A stretch of 63,289 bases of DNA, counting the filler, from Octopus bimaculoides (lineage: Eukaryota): the NCBI RefSeq assembly GCF_001194135.2. It is 4 parts of 4 records of this genome, joined end to end, with 100 filler letters (N's around TTAATTAATTAA, not from the genome) between each part and the next. Parts side by side here need not be neighbours in the genome. Positions count along the whole stretch, not along the records: positions 31,616 to 58,019 come from NC_068992.1; positions 58,120 to 63,289 come from NC_068991.1; 2 more parts are not named here. One strand, given 5' to 3'. This document shows positions 49,370-63,289 of the stretch, piece by piece. The position numbers were made by a program, and so were the translations under genes. Each line of letters opens with the position of its first letter. The stretch's first letter is position 1. The notes beneath the pieces were generated by a model. It worked only from the letters and a program-made list of their open reading frames with translations, was not told the DNA's origin and searched no databases.

Positions 49370-50950
49370 GTTTTTACTTGTTGAGAGTAGTGTAAGATGA
49401 ATTGCTCATGACCTCTAGGCTCTCTGAGCTTGATGTCATATATGTTCTTTTAAACTGTTGCAGGTCAATATTTTTAGGAAAGATATCAGCTAGGAAAGGA
49501 TTCCTGAAGGCCAGAGGGAAAAGGAAAGAGCATAATGCTAATATAAGGCCGTAAAGTTTGGATACACTAAGCACGATGAGAGGTGGACTGACAAATGAGT
49601 TGAAAGTGCCTGAGTAGTTGCGGTATGAGACGATTCAAAAGTGATGATAAAGAATGTCAGAGGAAAATGCATTTTTGTTGGACAGAGGCTGAAGCATGTT
49701 CATTAGTAATTGGATAGCTCCTCTGGACGTAGTGCAGGATGTCTGGATGTATAGTAGCAGCAGCACCATCCCATATATGGAAACAGTACCCCATTGTGGG
49801 TGTCACTTGAACCTTGTAAAGAGTTAGCAGCTGTTGGAGGCTGAAATATTTTCTGATCCTAAAGACAAGGATCAGTTTTTTTCTTGTTAAGGATGTGCTT
49901 TCATGAGGAGAAATTCTTGGTGATAATGGGGTCTAGCATTCGAGGTATTTTTGTTGGTCCCAGCTGAGTGATGGTAATGTGGAGTGGAGGTGTGTACAGT
50001 GCTGTTTTTTTTTTATGAGTAAGGTATGACTTTTTGCTGTTGAAGGAAACAAAAGTTAGCATAATTCCACAGAATGAGTCTATTAAGGTCTCTGTTTATG
50101 AAATTAATACAGGTTTTATTCATGATTGATGCATAGTTGGGGTAAGTTATGGAGACATGAAGGGTTATGTCATTTGCATAAGAGTGAGTGTTGTTGAATG
50201 TGGTGGCGAGTAGTTCATTGATTTAGTGAAAGTGGAAAACAAAACCAAACCGTGCTAGAGTTGATTGAGAGTGAAGCAGAAAATGCTTGGTCAACAAAAG
50301 TGTCAAAAAAATGTTACAATAGTGCAATCAGATAGAGTTACCGATCCAAGAGTTGAGAGAAGGGTGGAACCCATAGGGAGGAAGTTTAATTAAAGATTCA
50401 CATGCCAAGCATGGCTGAAAGCTTTGCTGATGTTTAGGGCAACAATATTTCTTTTATTGAACCTCACTAAAGGTAAGTGACATAAGAAACTAGGTCACCA
50501 GTGGATCTGACTTTATGCAAGCAGTGCTGGAGGTCACCAGGGAGAGAAAAATTCAAAGTGTTGGAGAGTATCATTGTTAATGGTTGTCTTCATTACATTA
50601 AAGAGTTGAATGATAGAAGCTTGAGTGGGAAAGTTTACTTTACTTTGGAACAGAAAAACACATGAAGGTTTGCTTCCAAATGTCAGGGAAGTGAGTAAGA
50701 GTTAAAGAATTTGGTATGTGTAGGAGGAGTCTCTGAAGTGCAATACTTGAGTGTAATGGAAAGAACGTTGTCAGGGCTGGTCCTTTTTTGTTTGAAGTCA
50801 CTGGTGGAGTGGAATGAAGTAGATTTGGAGGAAATTATTTTTAAAGGTGGATAAAAGAACTCTACAAAGTCGGTGAATATTTTTTTGACAAGAGATCAAA
50901 AGGAATGCCTATTAATGGAAAATATCGAGGGCCGTATGATGCATGAAGGC
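49370..50950 (-). mobile_element. Heavily decayed LINE reverse transcriptase remnant (clade uncertain)
   Basis: Minus strand shows IVALNISKAFSHAWH (compare xxLDxSKAFDxVWH) amid many stops. Confidence 0.5.
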
Positions 50951-52979
50951 ATTCTTTACACACCAGATTTGCTAACTCTTAAGGTATACTTTGAATTGGG
51001 AAATCGAATGATTTAGACATAGACATAGACATTGCCCTAGTGATACAGACACCTTAGCTGGTTGTTAAATATTCCTGCTATTCAACTATAAATGTCTATA
51101 ATTCATTGTTATATGTCAATTACTTTTTGTCAATTGACTCAACCTCTATGTAAGTTAAAAGTATTGAGTTACTAATGAGGCCTCTTAGGTGTTCATTTAC
51201 CCTGCTGGCAATAACAGCCAAATAACTCTACACTCTACTGTCTTAGGAAAGAAAGATACACTGGATGCTATGATCCTGCATGCACTTATACTTGGGAAAG
51301 GGACAGGATGGTCACAGCTGGAATGCAATTGACAGTAGATATGTGAGAGATTAGCTATTTACATTCTATCTCTGACTAATATATTCAGAGTAATAGCAAT
51401 TTTCTCCCATAAAAGATAACTGAGTTGACAACTGTACAATCGTTTCATAGTTTGTCATGTTGATCTTGTAGATATAGGCTCAGAGATGGCGCTGACTCCC
51501 TGGCTTGTAGAGAGGATGGACTTTGCCAAGTTGACCTGCCTTTCATAAACTACTCAAAGACTAGTAATTAGGTAATGGAACTGAAATTATTGTAGAACAA
51601 TAAGCTTGTAAAAGCATAGAGTTCACTGAAAGCATCAGGTTTGTTTTACTGCTCTATTAGTAAATATTTCCTACTTAATGACTTTTACAAATGGTTTTTA
51701 CAAATGGCTTTGTTGACATCATCAACTCAGAGGATTAAATATGTTGATTTAAAAAAAAAAAATTCTTCCTTTCTTTTATTGTTGGTGTTGTTGACATTCC
51801 TGAATCTTTCTCAAGTACTTGGAAATTTGATGACAGGGTGTGGTAAACTTCATCTGTATATGTGTATGAGATGAAGTGTTTATACATACAACACTATTGC
51901 TGTAGTCTTTAATTCTTTGACTGGTTTCATTCATTTGACTACGGACATGCTGGAACACTGTCTTCCCAAGTTTTTACTTGAAACGAATCAACTCCTGTAC
52001 TATTTCAGTCTGATATTTACTTTATCATTCTATAGTTTATCAAATGACTATGTTGCATTTTTTTGACACATGACCTGTTTTACACCAGTAAATATAGGCA
52101 CAGATAGAGAAAGACATTCCTCCACCATACATATGTACATGTGTGTGTGTGTGTTATACATTAGAGTAAGATAACAGGCTAAAGCTGTTAGTAGGAGAAG
52201 TTAGGAAAGATAAACGAGAAAGATGAAAGAAAGTAAAATAAAACCAGATTTCTTTTGCCTTGGGGCATATGAGGCATCTTCTCCTCTCAGATTCTACATA
52301 TCCACAGATGTTAAAGTACAATGTGGCCTTTAACACACTCAATCACCACCTAAGCAGGTGTGATGGGGCTGAAACAGAACTCTCTATGTGTAGATGGGTT
52401 TTGCTAAAATGCTGCATCTAGGAGGATACAGGCTACGTTTCATAGAAAAAAATGTTTGACATTCTAAGCATACAAGTACGAGGGCACTATATGGAGACCA
52501 TCCATGTGGCCAAACAACACAACAAAACTCAACAGTGACAACTGACATCACAATTGATATCACAGACCACTATTAAATCTTGGTATTGTACTGAAACATA
52601 GCAAAGCTGATGCTGGGAACAGCCAAAGAGCAGGTGATGACAACAACCACCATGGCAACGTCAACAACAACAACCACAATGGCCACAACAATGACAACTA
52701 CCACAATAACGACCACATCACAGCGATAGCAACAGCAGAGAAGTCTGACTGATAGCAACAGCAAAGAAGACTGACAGAAGGAAGATGTGCTATACTACAG
52801 AGAGACAATAGAGAGAAGTTAAAAAAGAGAATCAAGAGACCTGGCCTCTTTGTCAGAATCCCGAGATGGGGTCACATGCTCAGACACTACCTGTCACACA
52901 CCAACAACATACCAAATACATGCTGCCTAAACCAAGGTCCAATCCAAACAACCCAACTGACAGACAGTGATCAGCTGCG

Positions 52980-53270
52980 TTTTAAATCCAATACTGTTTA
53001 CCAAATGACTTGCTCCTACATAGGATTGACCCGGAGAACCTTCGCCTTAAAGTGAAGGAACACCTCTTCAAGGCTCCCCCCTCCCAGTGCCATGTTCCAA
53101 CACCACCATTAATGTATTGAGGATTTCTTCACCTGGATACTGGCAAGGGTGATGAAGGCAGTTAACCTCAAGATTACAAAGCATACTTCATTAGGAAGAA
53201 AGCACTTAGCCTGAACTGCTGTAATGAGTTGAATGCACAGAAACACATCTACTACTTTCAGGATCTTTAA
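52980..53270 (+). pseudogene. Old Penelope-like GIY-YIG remnant
   Basis: SNTVYQMTCSYIGLTRRT[frameshift]LKVKEHL and a downstream EAL...LNAQ-like segment. Confidence 0.5.
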
Positions 53271-53789
53271 CAAAATAAGCTATAACAGGGCTAACTCCTG
53301 ATGACACACCATATATCAGGTAAACTATCCGTTTGTCCATCCATCCGTCCGTCGTCCGTCCGTCTGTCCATCCGTCCATCCATCCATCTATTTATCTACC
53401 TGTCAACTTTTATATCTATTTCTATATTCATAAACATATTACAGAAAATTAAACCTTCTTATACCACCTTTTATTCTATTTTGTCTTGTTTTATTTTGTT
53501 TTATCTTCCTTCTTTACCTTTCATAACCTCACCTACTAATGGCATTATCCTCTTATCTTACTATAGTCTAACCATGTGCCTGTGATTCACCAACACATTA
53601 TATATATTATATACGGAAATAATTTGAAAAAGGATAAATATTTCATATATGACAATAATATAATCTTACATTATTTACATTGGATGGATATGTGTCCTCA
53701 TCTTGTTTCTTGTTACGACTTTTTCCCTAATTTAGTCTCCAGCGTTCATTACTTGATCTGGTAGAATTTTGAACCCAACTCTGGGTATT

Positions 53790-53800
53790 TTTTACTGATG

Positions 53801-53838
<38 letters not shown>

Positions 53839-53925
53839 TATTCAAAGCACCGACTGGAATTGAACTTGGAATCTTGGGGTTAAGCACCTGAGCTCTTAAC
53901 CATTATGCTACAAGCCCATGGGCAA
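53790..53925 (-). mobile_element. Degenerate head of the hammerhead-SINE family, including the palindrome centre
   Basis: ggaattgaacttggaatcttggggttaagc...ctcttaaccattatgctacaa followed by gcccatgggc at 53914-53923. Confidence 0.65.
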
Positions 53926-54887
53926 TTATAGAGTGAATATAACCTTACTCTACTAACTTTAGCAGAAAGCCTTAAAATGATTGGAAATAATACTATTCCA
54001 GGTATATACATTAATGTAAAAGCAGGTGTGATTATGCAACATGAAGACAAGTTATGTTATACATATATGTATATGTTTCTATGTATGCATGCATGTATAT
54101 GCATGTGTGTATTTGTGTATATATATATATATATATATATATGTTTTTAAAATTATAATACAGGGTATTTAAGAGATACCACCATGCTGAAAAATAGCAG
54201 TCAAATCCTGACTCTAAAACCACAATAAATGTCCACATAGCACAAGTAGCGAAGACGAAGTCCAAATAAACCAGTAAAAATACGATAATTCCAGATCCAG
54301 GATTTCTGACTTTGCATAAATAATAATGCTTNNNNNNNNNNNNNNNNNNNNNNNNNNNNNNNNNNNNNNNNNNNNNNNNNNNNNNNNNNNNNNNNNNNNN
54401 NNNNNNNNNNNNNNNNNNNNNNNNNNNNNNNAATAGTTACCAGGGGTAGCAAAATTACACTAAAAAACAAGATATCACAGCTGCTTTACAGGTTGATATA
54501 CCAAGTTAGAGTGATACATTTTGAGAAGATATGGATAATAATAAATGGAGCAAAACGCATGTCGATGAAAGTTCCTTTAATCCCTACATATATGTTTCGA
54601 AATAAATGATAGTTCTTTCACAACGAAGAAAGAGCTGTTGGAGTCTATGTATGTATATATGTATTTATATGTATATATATATATGTGTATNNNNNNNNNN
54701 TGTATTTATATGTATATATATATATGTGTATATATATATATATATGTATAGATATATATATATGTGTGTGTGTGTATACATGTATATATATGTGTGTATA
54801 TATATGTATATATATATGTGTGTGTGTGTGTATATATATATATATAGACATGTATATATGTGTGTATATATAAGTACATATATGTAT

Positions 54888-57800
54888 ATATGTATCCAGT
54901 TTTGTTTTAAAGGCACTTACATCCACACCATGCAGGTCTCTCAGGCATTTTGGAATGATATTAAATAGCTGTGGGCCTTTGAAGCCCAAGCTGTTGCTGT
55001 TCTGGTCCTGTATTTTGCTGGTGATGCCAGGATCTTTGGCACTTTGCAGTGCTACCCCCTTCTGCAGTTTGAGTAATTTTCAATGCCAAAGTTTGGTACA
55101 AGGCCTTCTAGGATTTTCCAGATGTATATCTCTGCATATCTCTCCCGCCTTTGTTTCAGGGAGAAGAGTTTTAATTCTTTAAGTCTTTTCCAGTAGCTGA
55201 TATGTTGTATTGAGACAGTTTTCTTAGTGTAGCTTCATTTGATCGCTTCGTGTTTCCCCGTGTATTTTAAATTGGGTTCAGTAGTCCAAGCAGCTGAGAA
55301 CGTATGTCCACCAAAGGTTCATCGGTGTGTCCTTTTCTTTTGTTTTGAAAGTTCTGAAGATCCATCCAGCTAGCCCTCTGCATTCTATTACCAAATTGGT
55401 AATATGCACTTGGAAAGATGCATCATTGCTCATGTCAATGCCCAGGTCGCACACTGATTTTGATTCAGGGATTTCAGTTCCTGCTGGGCCAATGTATCCT
55501 GTCTGCATGTTATTTAAATTTGTGTACTGGTAGCGTAGGGTCTGGAATTTTCCTGCATTAAACTGCATGTTGTTGTCCTCAGCCCACCTGTATATTGCGT
55601 CCAACTTCTGTTGCAGATGTGCAATATTTCCAGGATTTTGTATTGTCTGAGAGACTTTTGTGTCATCTGCATAGCTAGCAAGGGTAGCTATCTGAGTAGC
55701 AAAGGGCATGTCTGAGAGGGCCACTATGAACAGCAGTGGCCCCAAGACAGTGCCCTGTGGAACACCACTTGCTATTTGTGTTTCCTTGGAGGTGGTTCCG
55801 CTTGTCACTACTGTCTGACGTCTATGTTTTAGAAAATCGTGCAGACATTCTCCAAGTTTTAGACATATCACCCCATGGTCAACTTTATCAAAGGCTTTTG
55901 TAAAATCGAGATATATCACATCCATACTTGAGTCATTCAGCAGCTGTTTTAACACCCAGTTGTAGTGTTGTAGGAGCTGTGTTAGACAGCTTCTACCTGG
56001 TCAAAATCCATGCTGGGTGTCAGTTAGTAAGTCATTTTCTTCTAGGAATGCGATTAGTTTCTTGCAGACTATTCATTCCATGAATTTACTGATGTGTGAG
56101 GTCAGAGAGATAGGCCTATAATTTTTAGCATCGGCTCTGCTTTCTCCCTTATGGATAGGGCATATTATCCCTTCCTTCAGTTTATCTGGGAGCTTACTGC
56201 TTGCAAGGAAGCTTTAAAAGAAAAGCTGCAATGGTTTTGTAAGGGCTGGCTTGCATGATTTGAGTATGACCACTGGAAACCCATCCAAGCCAGCAGCTGA
56301 GTTTGTGTCAACTTCATCTATGGCCAGTATTACATCTTTTTCTTCAATGTTTATGTACTCAATTTTTTTTACGTCTTTGGTTTTAGGTAATGTGGCAAAG
56401 AATTCTGCTGGTTTGTTCACTTGCCTGTGTCCCAACAGTGTAGTGAATACACTTTGGAACTATTCGTTCAGTATTTCACTTACCCACATGGGATTTCCTG
56501 TGAGGAAGCCATCTTTTTGGAAGAGGGGGTCCTATCTTGTGGCATATTGAGGCTGTTTCTTTGGCAAGCTTTAGGGTTTGACTTGATATTTTCTATAACC
56601 AAGCTTTTTTATTTGCTCTCTCCTTTTCATGAGACTGATGCAGACGTTTCTCAATCTCCAGTAGCTCTCTCCCCAGGCGAAACTTCTTACCACTTTTGGG
56701 ATGCTTGCTCAGGCAGTTTGCAATCTTTGTCTATCATCTCATAAGAATCTTCCTTTCTCTAGGGATCCTGTTTTTGTGTATGTTGGCCTTGCACAATGGG
56801 ACAGATTTGTCATATATGGCTTGTATTGTGGACATGAAATGTTTGTGTTTCATGTCAATGTCTGGTGTGGAGAGACATTTAGGCCGATGCTGTTTGAGGA
56901 TCTCTTTCTCAATCAACTTCCAATTTGCTTTGTAAAAGTTTAGTTTGGAGAGATTTTCAGTGCTTCGTATAGGCTGTATGTCTGCAGGAGCTTTTGGTTC
57001 ATATGTAGACAGCTCTATTACATTGTGATCCGACATCAGCGTTGGTGTCACTTTAACGTTATGGATAATGTCCATATTGTTTGTGAGGCAGAGATCCAGT
57101 ATATTATTTTCCCTGGTTGGTTACAGCATAATTTGCTCCATGAAAGAGGTATTGCTAAGGTGGAGCAGGGACTCTGCCTGTGCTTGTTGTTGGTATGTCA
57201 TTCCTGGGAGAATCTGGCCCCCAGGCCATCCTATGTTTGGGAATTTAAATTCACCCAAAAGGAATACATTGATGTGTTGCTCCAGTTTGGTGAGAACTTC
57301 TATCTTTGTTAGGCAATCTTCAAATTTGCCTGTATAACTCGGAGCATATGGTGGAGATATGTAGTATGAAGTTGTCTTATGTGTACAATTTGAGTGTCAC
57401 ACACCGAATTTGAATATCACAGCAGGACCTGTGGTGTGAGGTCCTCTCGGATGTACGCAGCAACCCCACCATGGCTCCTCTCCTTTGACAACATATTGTG
57501 GTATATGTATTTCTGCATCCCCTGTATCTGATCGAAGATGCATTTCTACAAGTGCCATGCATAAAGCTTGATTGCATGCCACAAGGTCTCTCAGGAATGA
57601 GATTTTTGTTTTACAGTTGCCATGCAACAGCCCTGCTATGTTCAAAAGAAATATTTTCGTGATGTGTTGGTGTTAGTGGTGGCCATCCTGTATATGTTGT
57701 TGTTGGTGGCTTTGTGTGGTGATGGGTGTAGTTCCAGGCTTGTGTTTGAAGCCAGGTCAGTTGCTGGACAATATTTTGTACCATACACAAAAAAGATTGC

Positions 57801-58019
57801 TGTTCAGCTGCTGCCCTTTTCACACCTGGGTGAAACTGGTCATTTGCTGAGCCACAATCGTCTTTCGGAAGTAGACAGTGCACCATTTTTTTTCTTTGTT
57901 GCCTTTCCTTTTGTCCTCCTTGGAGAAGAGCGTGTTGTCTGTGGCCCATGTGATTTTGTCAGGCCTTCTGATGTGCAAAGCAACAGTTTGCACCATCATC
58001 ACCATGCCAGCAGTGTCCT
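54888..58019 (-). mobile_element. Near full-length decayed CR1-like LINE (APE endonuclease, RT, possible ORF1 remnant)
   Basis: RT ORF 55278-55955: DVIYLDFTKAFDKVDH, SGVPQGTVLGPLLF, SYADDTK; APE-like start MNIAGL...ALVEMHL at 57397-57645; multiple frameshifts. Confidence 0.92.
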
Positions 58020-58849
58020 NNNNNNNNNNNNNNNNNNNNNNNNNNNNNNNNNNNNNNNNNNNNTTAATTAATTAANNNNNNNNNNNNNNNNNNNNNNNNN
58101 NNNNNNNNNNNNNNNNNNNACATACATACATATATATACACACACACACACCTATGATGGTGGCGTAGTGGTTGCGTAGTAACGGGGGAGTTGAATATCA
58201 TCTGTTATGCAGCAGTGTCAGCGTCAGTGTTTCATGCGGCAGCAATGTCGGCGGTGATGGTGTTACTATGGTTAAGAGGATGTTAATAATACGAGGTATT
58301 TGATGGGCGGGTCATTCAAAGGTGAAGGTGGATTAGGTGGTGTGGTGGTGGTGGTGGTGGGGGGGGCGATAAATATTTTGCAGTGAGATAAAAGGGAAGG
58401 AGAGGTGAAAACAACAGATTCCACTACACCGAAGAAAATATATAACAAAAATATATTAATAAAACAAAACACGTCAACGTAATGTATATAGTAATGCACG
58501 AGAAGAATGATTGAGGGTTTGATGGAACGAATGGAAAGAATAGTAAAGAATTAAGAAAAACATACAACAATGATAATACCTAATGGGAGAAAGAAACCGA
58601 AATGCAGGAGTGATCAAGATATATCTAGAAGCAGTCACTAAGGAATTCCATATTGCCTGAAGCTCTGATGATTCCGTGGAGAAAAATATGTTTGGTAAAG
58701 AAAAAAAGAAAAAAAAAACAAATCGAACGCGCGTGGAAGATTAGGAAGTGAAAAAATTCACTCAACACCTGTAAAAAAAACAAACAAATAAAGAATTCCA
58801 TTTCTGTATTATTACCAGTGGGTGCTAGTCTAATCACCGAGCAATGTAG

Positions 58850-58877
58850 CAACAACAGCAACAACAACAACAACAAC

Positions 58878-58945
<68 letters not shown>

Positions 58946-58960
58946 TGATGATGATGATGA
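58850..58960. repeat. Compound (CAA)n(TAA)n(TGA)n microsatellite
   Basis: Direct trinucleotide runs. Confidence 0.95.
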
Positions 58961-59119
58961 GTGTGATCATTCGTTGCTCTAGTTAATTAAAGCAATGCAA
59001 TATGGAAAACCCCCCGCAAAGACAGATATAAGCGTGTAAAGAGCATACCCCAGTGAATATTGACAAATATTAATATGTATGTGCTTATCGACGTGCGTGC
59101 GATCAAGGTTGCGGTGTCG

Positions 59120-59416
59120 GGCGTGTTTGTGCATGTGTGTGTGTTTGTGTGTTTGTGTGTGCGTGTGTGTGTGCATGCGTATGTGTGTGTGTGTGTGTGT
59201 GTGTTTATACATAGATGGAATATATACTTTTGTGTCAGAAACTAATATATACACTATAAAGAGAGTAAACAATTTTTTTTTAGATAAATACTATATATTT
59301 GTGTATATATACTCACATGTTTGTGTTTATTTATATATGCATACATGCGCATATATATACTTTTATATATACTTTTATGCATATATATATATATAGTTAT
59401 ATATATATATAGTTAT

Positions 59417-59489
<73 letters not shown>

Positions 59490-59628
59490 CATATATATAT
59501 ATACACGCACATACATCTCTATTTAAATACATATGTACGTATACACACACACACATATATGTATATATTTATATACACATTTGCACATATCTATTATCTA
59601 TACTTATATATATATATGTATGTGTGTG

Positions 59629-59671
<43 letters not shown>

Positions 59672-59975
59672 TTGTATGCATATATATATATATGCATATG
59701 TGAATATATCCATACACATGCATACATATTGAAGTATACGCAATACACGTATTCATGTCCAAAGATAATCTTGATATCTACAGGATTACTAATAAAAAAA
59801 ATGTACATGATGATCAATTTCTGACCTCGTGTAGAGGTTTTCATGTTTATATTCCTATCGAAGTACACACACACACACACGCACGCATGCACACACACAC
59901 ACACACACACACATGTATATATACAAATATATGTGTGGTTGTGCGTGTGCGTACGTGCACGCGCACGTATGTATA
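59120..59975. repeat. Large compound TA/CA/GT microsatellite field
   Basis: Direct observation; source of YI/VC/HT-repeat ORFs. Confidence 0.95.
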
Positions 59976-60780
59976 CTTGCTGACAAATCAATTTTAATTT
60001 GACATGCTTTGGTATTTATATTATTCGGCAAGATAGGGATATGGTGGCAAAAAACTTTCAGTGATGTCGGACTCTTGATATTTAATTACAGCTTATTATA
60101 TTCTGCGTTCAAATCCTACCCGGAGCAGCACTGTCTTCCAGCTTCCTGTGTTCGAAAGAACGAAATTCAAATGTAGCCCTGGGATCGATTTAGCTGACTA
60201 TACCTTCGCCCAAATATGCATTTTGATGCCAATGTTATAAATCAAAGATAACGGTCAAGAGATCGATAATGATCAATTAGTAAAATATTACTTAAATCAA
60301 CTTCACTTTTTATCATTCCGTGATGATAAAGTAATTAATGATCAGGTAATTAGCAAGATCTATTTGGCTTTTTTCATTATATATATCTTTAAGTTGTAAT
60401 TCAATTCTGACTGAAAAGGCGCAAGTGCGGCTTTGAGGTAAGAAGTTTGCATCCCAACCACATGATTGCAGGTTCAGTCCCACTGTGTGACAGTTTGGGC
60501 AAGTGACTTCTACTATAGCCTCGGATCGACCAAAATCTCGTGAGTGGATTTGGTAGACGGAAACTGAAAGAAGCATGTTGTATGTGTTTATATATATTTG
60601 TATATGCGTGTGTGTGCGTGTATGAGTAGGTGTATCTATGTGTGTGTATCTTTGTGTCTGTGTTTGTCTTCTACCACTACTTAACAGCCAATGCCGATGT
60701 GCTTACATACCCGTGACGTCTCGGTTCAACAAGGAGACCGATATAATATGCAACAGGCTTAAACAATATTCATTTCCTTA

Positions 60781-60997
60781 TTGCCCACAAGGGGCTAAAC
60801 ATAGAGGGGACAAACAAGGGACAAACAATTAAGTCGATTACATCGACCCCAGTGCGTAACTGATACTTATTTAATCGACCCCGAAAGGATGAAAGGCAAA
60901 GTCGACCTCGGCGGAATTTGAACTCAGAACGTAACGGCAGACGAAATACCGCTAAGCATTTCGCCCGGTGTGCTAACGATTCTGCCAGCTCGCCACC
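60781..60997 (-). mobile_element. tRNA-derived SINE, well preserved copy
   Basis: Same family as 4963-5179. Confidence 0.85.
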
Positions 60998-61552
60998 TTA
61001 AAACAATATTGAGTACTGGAAGCGATTCGTCCGACTTGAAGAATTTTAGTCGAGAATATCCAGCAGTTTCTAATGACTGAAACACATAAGAGAAAAAAAA
61101 GATGAAAGGAAGCGATAAATATTACGACCAAAGGCATCGATCTCAGCGGTATTGAAGGACATAATCTCGAGCACATCCTCATCCCTTCAGATGATTTTTC
61201 CCCCAACACACCCACACACTGAAAGAGGGTCCAGTTAAAAAATTTTGCCGTATTCACTTTAATAGTCAAAGCTGTCATTACGTTTGACCATTTCGTGTCC
61301 GATAAAATAATATACCAACTGTTTGTTTTGTCTTGTTTTATTTTATTTTCTTTAACCCCGGCTCAGGACTGAACAAAGACTTTCCTATTAGAAAATCTTT
61401 CTATAAAGGTGTACATTATTCAAAGTTTACTTTCTTTTATGAGATAGTATAAGATGTGCTTTAAGGGTACGGTTTGGCTACTAATCCTAGCAAGTCAAGT
61501 ATTCTTATTAATTGTATTAACTTATATTGTATTATTTTATATTCCTCCTTAA

Positions 61553-61770
61553 GGCGGCGAGCTGGCAGGAGCGTTAGGGCACCAGACGTAATGCTTAGCG
61601 GTATTTCATCTGTCTTTACGTTCTGAGTTCAAATTTTCCCGAGGTCGACTTTGCCCTTCATCTTTCGGGGTCGATAAATTAAGAACCAGTTGAGTACTGG
61701 GATCGATCTAATTGACTGGCCCCCTCCCACCCAAACTCCGGCCTTGTGTCTAGAGTAGAAAAAATTATTT
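61553..61770 (+). mobile_element. tRNA-derived SINE, inverted relative to 60781-60997
   Basis: ggcggcgagctggcagg...gagttcaaatt...gtcgactttgcc. Confidence 0.85.
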
Positions 61771-62121
61771 TATTTTCCTCCTGCATCAGCCGTATGAACT
61801 CGATCCCTAACTTTGAAATCTAAATAATTTATAAGGTATTTCATTCATTCTTCGCACTTTTCTTCCTCCTTTCTTTCAGTTTTCACACTAATCTCATAGT
61901 CCTCACTAAAATATCTGTCATAACCAGACGTTTCGTTGTTTCTGCTCAACTCAATGGTATCCGAATAATTTAGAATATTTACGCACGGAAGTCTTCAACA
62001 AGAACTGTGATTGCTGGTTATAGCGGCAAGTTTGGAACAACCTTCATTGTCAATTCATCAAACCATAACAGACTTTAGACGTAAAGAACGAAAGGAAAAC
62101 ACATACATACACTTACAATGA

Positions 62122-62189
<68 letters not shown>

Positions 62190-62939
62190 NNNNNNNNNNN
62201 NNNNNNNNNNNNNNNNNNNNNNNNNNNNNNNNNNNNNNNNNNNNNNNNNNNNNNNNNNNNNNNNNNNNNNNNNNNNNNNNNNNNNNNNNNNNNNNNNNNN
62301 NNNNNNNNNNNNNNNNNNNNNNNNNNNNNNNNNNNNNNNNNNNNNNNNNNNNNNNNNNNNNNNNNNNNNNNNNNNNNNNNNNNNNNNNNNNNNNNNNNNN
62401 NNNNNNNNNNNNNNNNNNNNNNNNNNNNNNNNNNNNNNNNNNNNNNNNNNNNNNNNNNNNNNNNNNNNNNNNNNNNNNNNNNNNNNNNNNNNNNNNNNNN
62501 NNNNNNNNNNNNNNNNNNNNNNNNNNNNNNNNNNNNNNNNNNNNNNNNNNNNNNNNNNNNNNNNNNNNNNNNNNNNNNNNNNNNNNNNNNNNNNNNNNNN
62601 NNNNNNNNNNNNNNNNNNNNNNNNNNNNNNNNNNNNNNNNNNNNNNNNNNNNNNNNNNNNNNNNNNNNNNNNNNNNNNNNNNNNNNNNNNNNNNNNNNNN
62701 NNNNNNNNNNNNNNNNNNNNNNNNNNNNNNNNNNNNNNNNNNNNNNNNGAAATATTTTGATGTTGGAATTTCTAGGATTCTCTGACTGAAGGATCACTGG
62801 GGTTGCAATTATTGAGACTCGCAGAGTGTTATTAATGGATTAACCGGTCTGAAATAATTGTGAGGTCATCTATAGAGGGGTCAAGGAATTAAGTGTTTCG
62901 TGATATAGTCTAAACAGGAGACTTTAACATTTTAACTGA

Positions 62940-62962
62940 TAAACTCACGCGCACACACAAGC

Positions 62963-63020
<58 letters not shown>

Positions 63021-63228
63021 ACATTATATGAAGAGTATTAAGGTGCGGCTCATGAAATTTGAAAGTCAGCGAGTATGGGAATGAATGACTGGAGAAACAT
63101 ACAACACACACACACAGACACACACACACACGTACAAACACACGTACAAACACACACACACACACAAACACACACATACGCACATACACACACAAACACA
63201 CATCGCGCGCGCGCACATACACTCTCTA

Positions 63229-63289
<61 letters not shown>
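62940..63289. repeat. CA-rich and (TA)n microsatellites at the window end
   Basis: Direct observation. Confidence 0.95.

Noticed and set aside
58625-58879. ORF starting MLLLLLLLLLLHCS that looks like a signal peptide
   Set aside because: The poly-Leu comes from the (CAA)n microsatellite read on the minus strand, and it is on the wrong strand and side for the PAN/Sushi gene.
61100-61225. Short protein-like stretch INITTKGIDLSGIEGHNLEHILIPSDDFSPNTPTH*
   Set aside because: Preceded by an in-frame stop, with no acceptor site or recognisable homology.
62118-62797. Four ORFs over 200 aa
   Set aside because: Almost entirely N gap.

Overview
AT-rich, microsatellite- and transposon-dense animal genomic DNA with several N gaps. 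The repeat families look cephalopod, probably octopus (inference, not verified). The only well-supported host gene is a partial + strand gene at 10613-31103. It has 12 intact GT-AG exons, all phase 1-1 and each a multiple of 3 nt, and each encodes one extracellular module: 4 PAN/Apple type A, 3 PAN/Apple type B and 5 short Sushi/CCP. The order is A-[gap]-S-S-A-B-S-A-B-S-A-B-S, about 838 codons if all are joined. Its first and last exons are not visible, and the two ends of its contig block share an identical 46-nt sequence, so the array is probably longer than assembled. The second notable system is a tRNA-headed (A-box/B-box) SINE-like repeat carrying a minimal type I hammerhead ribozyme of the Penelope type. 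It recurs as head-to-head palindromic dimers with a shared centre. The rest is decayed mobile DNA: Penelope-like elements, CR1 and RTE LINE pieces, Tc1, mariners, a MITE, two Helitrons, a probable solo LTR and many SINEs. No bacterial-type features (rRNA, CRISPR) were seen. All calls come from reading the sequence by eye; no database searches were run.
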